A stretch of DNA of 63,827 nt, counting the filler, from Diploschistes diacapsis (Eukaryota), in the NCBI GenBank assembly GCA_023645945.1. It is 6 parts of 6 records of this genome, joined end to end, with 100 filler letters (N's around TTAATTAATTAA, not from the genome) between each part and the next. Parts side by side here need not be neighbours in the genome. Positions count along the whole stretch, not along the records: positions 53,292 to 63,827 come from JALAIB010000916.1; 5 more parts are not named here. One strand, written 5' to 3'. The translations under genes and the position numbers were made by a program. Every line of letters starts with the position of its first letter. The first letter of the stretch is position 1. Positions 59,469 to 63,827 of the stretch are shown here, one piece after another. The notes under the pieces were generated by a model. It had not been told where the DNA came from. It searched no databases and worked only from the letters and a program-made list of their open reading frames with translations.

Positions 59469-61355
59469 GGGGGGTTTGGCTTAAAGAGGTGGTGTGGTGT
59501 TGTGATAGTGCGATCTTTGATGATGGCATACGTTCCGGTTTCTGATGTAGGTGGTGATTCTTGGAGATTTGTTCTTGTTACGGCATGAGAGGCCAGGGGC
59601 CCTGAGATTGATGGATGGCACGAGGGCGATTTATCTACCGCGCACTCGGTCATCAATCTCTCCTGCCCCTGGTTTATGACAGGCGAGGCTTTGGGGTGTT
59701 TACATGGTTGATAGTGGATGCTCGGAGCTATGTCATGTTCGTTATAGTTTTCTGGTTTTGGGGGCAAGTTGCTTCTGTGGGCTCTGTCTTATGGCTCTCT
59801 TTACGTGCAGTGGATGCTGCGAGCTACGAAACATGGAGACCGCTGAGGTTTACTGAAGGCTTTGGGACAAGGCGCAAGGGCATGGACTAGGTGGTTTTGG
59901 ACGCAATTTGACGATCAATGGGCATTGGACGCTTGGTGATTGTATTTCTATCTTGCATGGAGCATATCTGGCAATAGGTGATGTATCTACGATTGATATT
60001 CCAAGCATTCGTCCTTTTACTAAGAGATCCTAGTTCTGCTCCGTGAGATGCCCCTAAAGCCTACCTAATGCCATGACCGTGACTCCAACATACTCTGCTC
60101 TATCCTCTTCAGACTGTCGTTCATGTCTATCTTGTAAGCGCTGGAGCCTTAGTTCCTACCCTAACTCTCTAGACTCGTGCCGAGTGCCTCCTACCTACGA
60201 ACCATCCAACAGAGAATACTATAACACCCTGAACAACCTTCACCTCCCGTCGAATACTCTAACACTCTCTACACCACCCTTTTTCGCACCCTAGTCGGTC
60301 ACAACAAACACATCTCACCACCCCTACACGTCCTTTCAACCTCTCCACCGCCACATAATACCTAACCCCTAATTCCCTCTACATCCCCACCGCCTCCTTT
60401 CCACCATGCAGGAAACGAAGCAAACAAGCTGAACACTTGGTGAATCTCAACACGGAAAACGGGAACCCCAGGAAATGTGGGCGAACAATGTGAACACTCG
60501 CGGAATGGATGAATGCTGGAGCAAACGATACTTATGAGCCCCCACTTCTTCTCTTCCTCACTCCTCTCTTTCTTTCTTACCTTCATGTTCTTCAAGTTCT
60601 CCACCACCCACCAACACTACTCTCGACCTATCTTGAGAAGTCAAGTCTTTTTGATATCCAGTGCTCATTACTGAATAACCTCACAGCTTCCCATTGAGAT
60701 AAGCAAGAGCATCAAGCACCAGAACGAACATTCACCCTCTCTATCTTGATAGTGAAGAAAGAAGGAAAGAACCTACCTGGTTGGCCTAGTCTTGCCCACT
60801 CACCTACCACCTCTTGCATACCGATAGTACCGAAAGTATCGATAGCACCAAGGACACTACCTCGTTCCATTGACCAACCTCTCTCCTCTTGGGATAGAAA
60901 AGACTTGCTGATACCTCATTCCACCTTAATAACCTAGCAAGCTCATTGAATCAAGAGTGCGAGGTGCGTGTCTTTCGCCCCATCATATTGTGCCGTGCTA
61001 ATGCTTATAAGTTCCCCTGGAGACTTCAGCTTCTTCTGTCAAAGCGTACCTTAGTATTCCCTCGTATCCAAGTACCATCTCATAGGTTAGCTAGTTTCTA
61101 TTCAAGTGTCACACACCTTCCGGTGCTAATCTTTCAAAGCTCCTCTCGGACTGTGCTCAACCGTGATTCGAATTGAAGAGGATCCTGTTCAAGGACTCTT
61201 CCTTATCAAACGTGATTTGAATCTAGAGAAGTATTTTATCAGCCAGTTGTCTGCTCAGCATACCTTCTAACGCGTATCCCCAGAATCTCTGGTTAGAGAC
61301 AGAAGTCGTCGAAAACACCAGCTTATCTCCCAGCAGCTCGATATCTGATTCCAAG

Positions 61356-63827
61356 ATGCCGCGGATTCGCAACGAGGAGGATCTTCTCAAGCTTGTCTCA
61401 CCCAGTGACACGAAAACAAGCAAACACTCGGGGCTTCAACAGATGATTGATGCAACTAGTGCAATGGCGTCTGCAAGCAAATCCAATGCAACAGCTGCTC
61501 ACCCCACAGCTATAGCATCTCAAGTCACAACGGGAAACAGCCTAATCTATACTCCCACCCCTCGAACGACGCCACGGAATCCCGCCGGTAGGATCCCTGC
61601 CAATGCTGCATCGTCAACCCCATCCCAGCCAAGTGGTTCTGGTATTTCCTCGCACCAGAGCCCGACCAATACCGTCGGTGGCCCTAGTTGGTTTACCCAT
61701 CAACCCTCCGGTCCGGCACACAGATTGCCGCGTGCTAGCCCGACACCCTCAAACTCCCAGCAGCCGGCCCCATTGACAGCTCCAGGCCAGACTAGGCCAG
61801 CACACTCGAGGTATGGTGTCTACCGTGCGACACCAACGACAAGTATAATCGGCCCTATGCAGCAGACAACGTTTCAGCCAGCGATGTCAACCGTCACCAT
61901 GCCACCGAAGCGGGGGGTGCAGGAAGTAATGGACAAGTTCACCACTAACAGTTCCGGATGCTTTCCTGGTGTCAATAGGGATGTGAGTGGGAGAGCCAAC
62001 ACCACCCCAACGAACTTGGGTCCTCCGGCTGCTACCCTGGGAGCATTGGCCACGACTTCTGGACTCAAGAAGACTGAAGTACCCGCGACGAACGCTACTT
62101 CTGTGAAAGACACGGTCGCTACTACATCCAGCCTGTCTACCCCTACCGCGTTAGCAGCGCCGTCAACACCGTCACCTCGTCGTAAAATTGAGATAGATGA
62201 CAACTTCGGGGACGAACAGGATGCAGAGGGCGAGACGGACACCGAGTATGTCGCGGAGTTGGCATCCAAAGCTTCTAAGAAGCGGCCACAATCCGCCGTA
62301 CAGACTCAGGCGGTTCGTGCCACGAGCTCGGGATCAAAAGGGCCAGCTCAACAAGCTGCCATTGCACCTGCTGCTTCCTCTGCCTCAGCCAGCTCATCAA
62401 AGCCACGAAGGTTTGACCACGAGCTTTACAACCGGTTAAAGAAAGAAGCCTATGAGAAGGAAGCGCAGGCTGCAGCTTCGGCAAGTGTCGCCGGCCCTTC
62501 CTCAGCCGCCCCATCCAACATAGCCCAAGATTCTGCCATTGGTTCCAAGGTCTCTGCAGGCCCCGTAGCATCCGGCATCACCCCATCATATCTTCCTGGA
62601 TTGAGCATCCCCACAACTGCCCCCAGTTCTCAGCCGTCTGCTCCTGTCGCCCCCGCACCGGCCCCGAATCTTGTTCATGTGAAACCAGCAGCGAGTCAAG
62701 TTCAAGGACCCGTCACTGCCCCGATACAGCCCGCCGCTTCCTCTCCCCCTGGTCCCGGGGCTACTGCTAGACCCTCTCTAGCAGATCTCGTTGCGCCTAC
62801 CAGCCTGCCGACCTGGAGATTGAGTGGGCTGCAGACCAGCAAGTGGGCCGTCAGTACCTTAGCTGCTGCCACTCCATCGGCAGGCCTTCTCGAGGGCGCG
62901 TCTGAGTACTTCCGCAGGTCGGAGTATTCCTCGAACAAGACGGCATGCGACGACGAGGAGGTCCTCGAGGCCCTTAAAAACCTGTGCATTATACAGGTAG
63001 ACGAGGTCGACGAGGTCAACGACGCTTTGGCAAACATGAACTGGTCGCTTCCGACAAGTGAGGAAGCGGACACTGAGATGACGGACGTGGCGTCTCCTGC
63101 CCCGGCGGTGTCACTTCCAGTGAGTACCGAGATGGGGACGCTTCCGGAAGCTGCTGCCGCGCCGGAGGGTTTATTTGTCAATGCTCCAGGAAACTTGGCA
63201 GTTCTGGCCCAAAGCATGCCGCTACCGCAGCTGGCGCCAATGATATCACTCCCTCAGCTGCAGCCAGTGGTTTCACAACCTCAGCTGCAGCCAGTGGTTC
63301 CACCACCTCAGCCGGCGCCAATGGTATCACAACCTCAGCTGCAGCCAGTGGTTCTACCACCTCAGCCGACGCCAGCGATGTCACTGCTCCAGCCAATGGT
63401 TCTACCATCTCAGCCCATGCCAGTGATATCACTACCCCAGCTGCAGCCAGTGGTTCCAGCATCTCAGCCCCAGCCAGCATGCTCAGAAATCGGCCCGACA
63501 ATCGCTCCCCTGCCTACGGTCATGGCTACTGAAGAAGAAGCGGTATCGCCGCTGCATGTCCGACCAGCTCCACCGCCTAAGAAGGCTGCAGACCAAAAAC
63601 GGAAAGGGGAGTCTCTCCTTTCGAAGAGGCGTCCACCTCCTCCGAGCATGCAGCGACCTTGCCTAAAACGGAAGGCGGAGGAGGATCTTTGCTCGGATAG
63701 ACCAAAGAAGCAGTCGCGTTCGCAGTCGGCGTCACCGCCGCTTATCTTGGTGAGGGTCAAATATAGGCCTCGTCCTTCCTACCCGCGGTCCTCCCCCCCA
63801 ACGGTACCACAACCCGCAGGGCCGCCC
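61356..63827 (+). CDS. Large Pro/Ala/Ser/Thr-rich hypothetical protein, at least 824 aa, runs off window end
   Basis: Manual translation from ATG 61356 (MPRIRNEEDLLKLV...) has no stop to the end of the window. Absent from the ORF track, presumably because it lacks a stop. Confidence 0.75.
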   Translation, partial: MPRIRNEEDLLKLVSPSDTKTSKHSGLQQMIDATSAMASASKSNATAAHPTAIASQVTTGNSLIYTPTPRTTPRNPAGRIPANAASSTPSQPSGSGISSHQSPTNTVGGPSWFTHQPSGPAHRLPRASPTPSNSQQPAPLTAPGQTRPAHSRYGVYRATPTTSIIGPMQQTTFQPAMSTVTMPPKRGVQEVMDKFTTNSSGCFPGVNRDVSGRANTTPTNLGPPAATLGALATTSGLKKTEVPATNATSVKDTVATTSSLSTPTALAAPSTPSPRRKIEIDDNFGDEQDAEGETDTEYVAELASKASKKRPQSAVQTQAVRATSSGSKGPAQQAAIAPAASSASASSSKPRRFDHELYNRLKKEAYEKEAQAAASASVAGPSSAAPSNIAQDSAIGSKVSAGPVASGITPSYLPGLSIPTTAPSSQPSAPVAPAPAPNLVHVKPAASQVQGPVTAPIQPAASSPPGPGATARPSLADLVAPTSLPTWRLSGLQTSKWAVSTLAAATPSAGLLEGASEYFRRSEYSSNKTACDDEEVLEALKNLCIIQVDEVDEVNDALANMNWSLPTSEEADTEMTDVASPAPAVSLPVSTEMGTLPEAAAAPEGLFVNAPGNLAVLAQSMPLPQLAPMISLPQLQPVVSQPQLQPVVPPPQPAPMVSQPQLQPVVLPPQPTPAMSLLQPMVLPSQPMPVISLPQLQPVVPASQPQPACSEIGPTIAPLPTVMATEEEAVSPLHVRPAPPPKKAADQKRKGESLLSKRRPPPPSMQRPCLKRKAEEDLCSDRPKKQSRSQSASPPLILVRVKYRPRPSYPRSSPPTVPQPAGPP
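63225..63480 (+). repeat. Coding minisatellite, ~27-nt unit, about 9 copies (PQLQPVVxx)
   Basis: Recurrent CCTCAGCTGCAGCCAGTGGTT and variants. Confidence 0.9.

Overview
Intron-containing DNA from a filamentous ascomycete (Pezizomycotina-type genes, mostly 44-56 nt introns with CTRAY branch points). The window is not one locus. It is six contigs (10584, 10569, 10552, 10544, 10542 and 10536 bp, in descending length) joined by artificial 100-nt N44-TTAATTAATTAA-N44 spacers, so neighbourhoods across spacers are meaningless. Recognisable genes: extended-SDR/epimerase (partial), flavocytochrome b2-like enzyme with PTS1, SMC2, classical SDR, GH47 mannosidase, AP-1 sigma, MAF1, MSH4, ATG22-like, DHA1 MFS transporter, SDH2, aldo-keto reductase, ARP2, Asp/Glu/hydantoin racemase (partial), PGK, Mpv17/PMP22, a single-pass Ser/Thr-rich membrane protein, YND1 apyrase (partial) and several orphans. 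Most notable: (1) a cryptic 50-nt intron over the PGK stop codon that would give a PTS1-like -PRL isoform; (2) a tandem array of four divergent F-box-like genes (two intact, two pseudogenes, one cut by a transposon) with a shared upstream motif; (3) a ~1.13-kb TIR-bounded element carrying a spliced, stop-interrupted gene with no recognisable transposase; (4) three RIP-like Fot1/pogo-type transposon ends and a Tourist/Harbinger-like MITE end; (5) recurrent sharp C-rich to G-rich skew switches.
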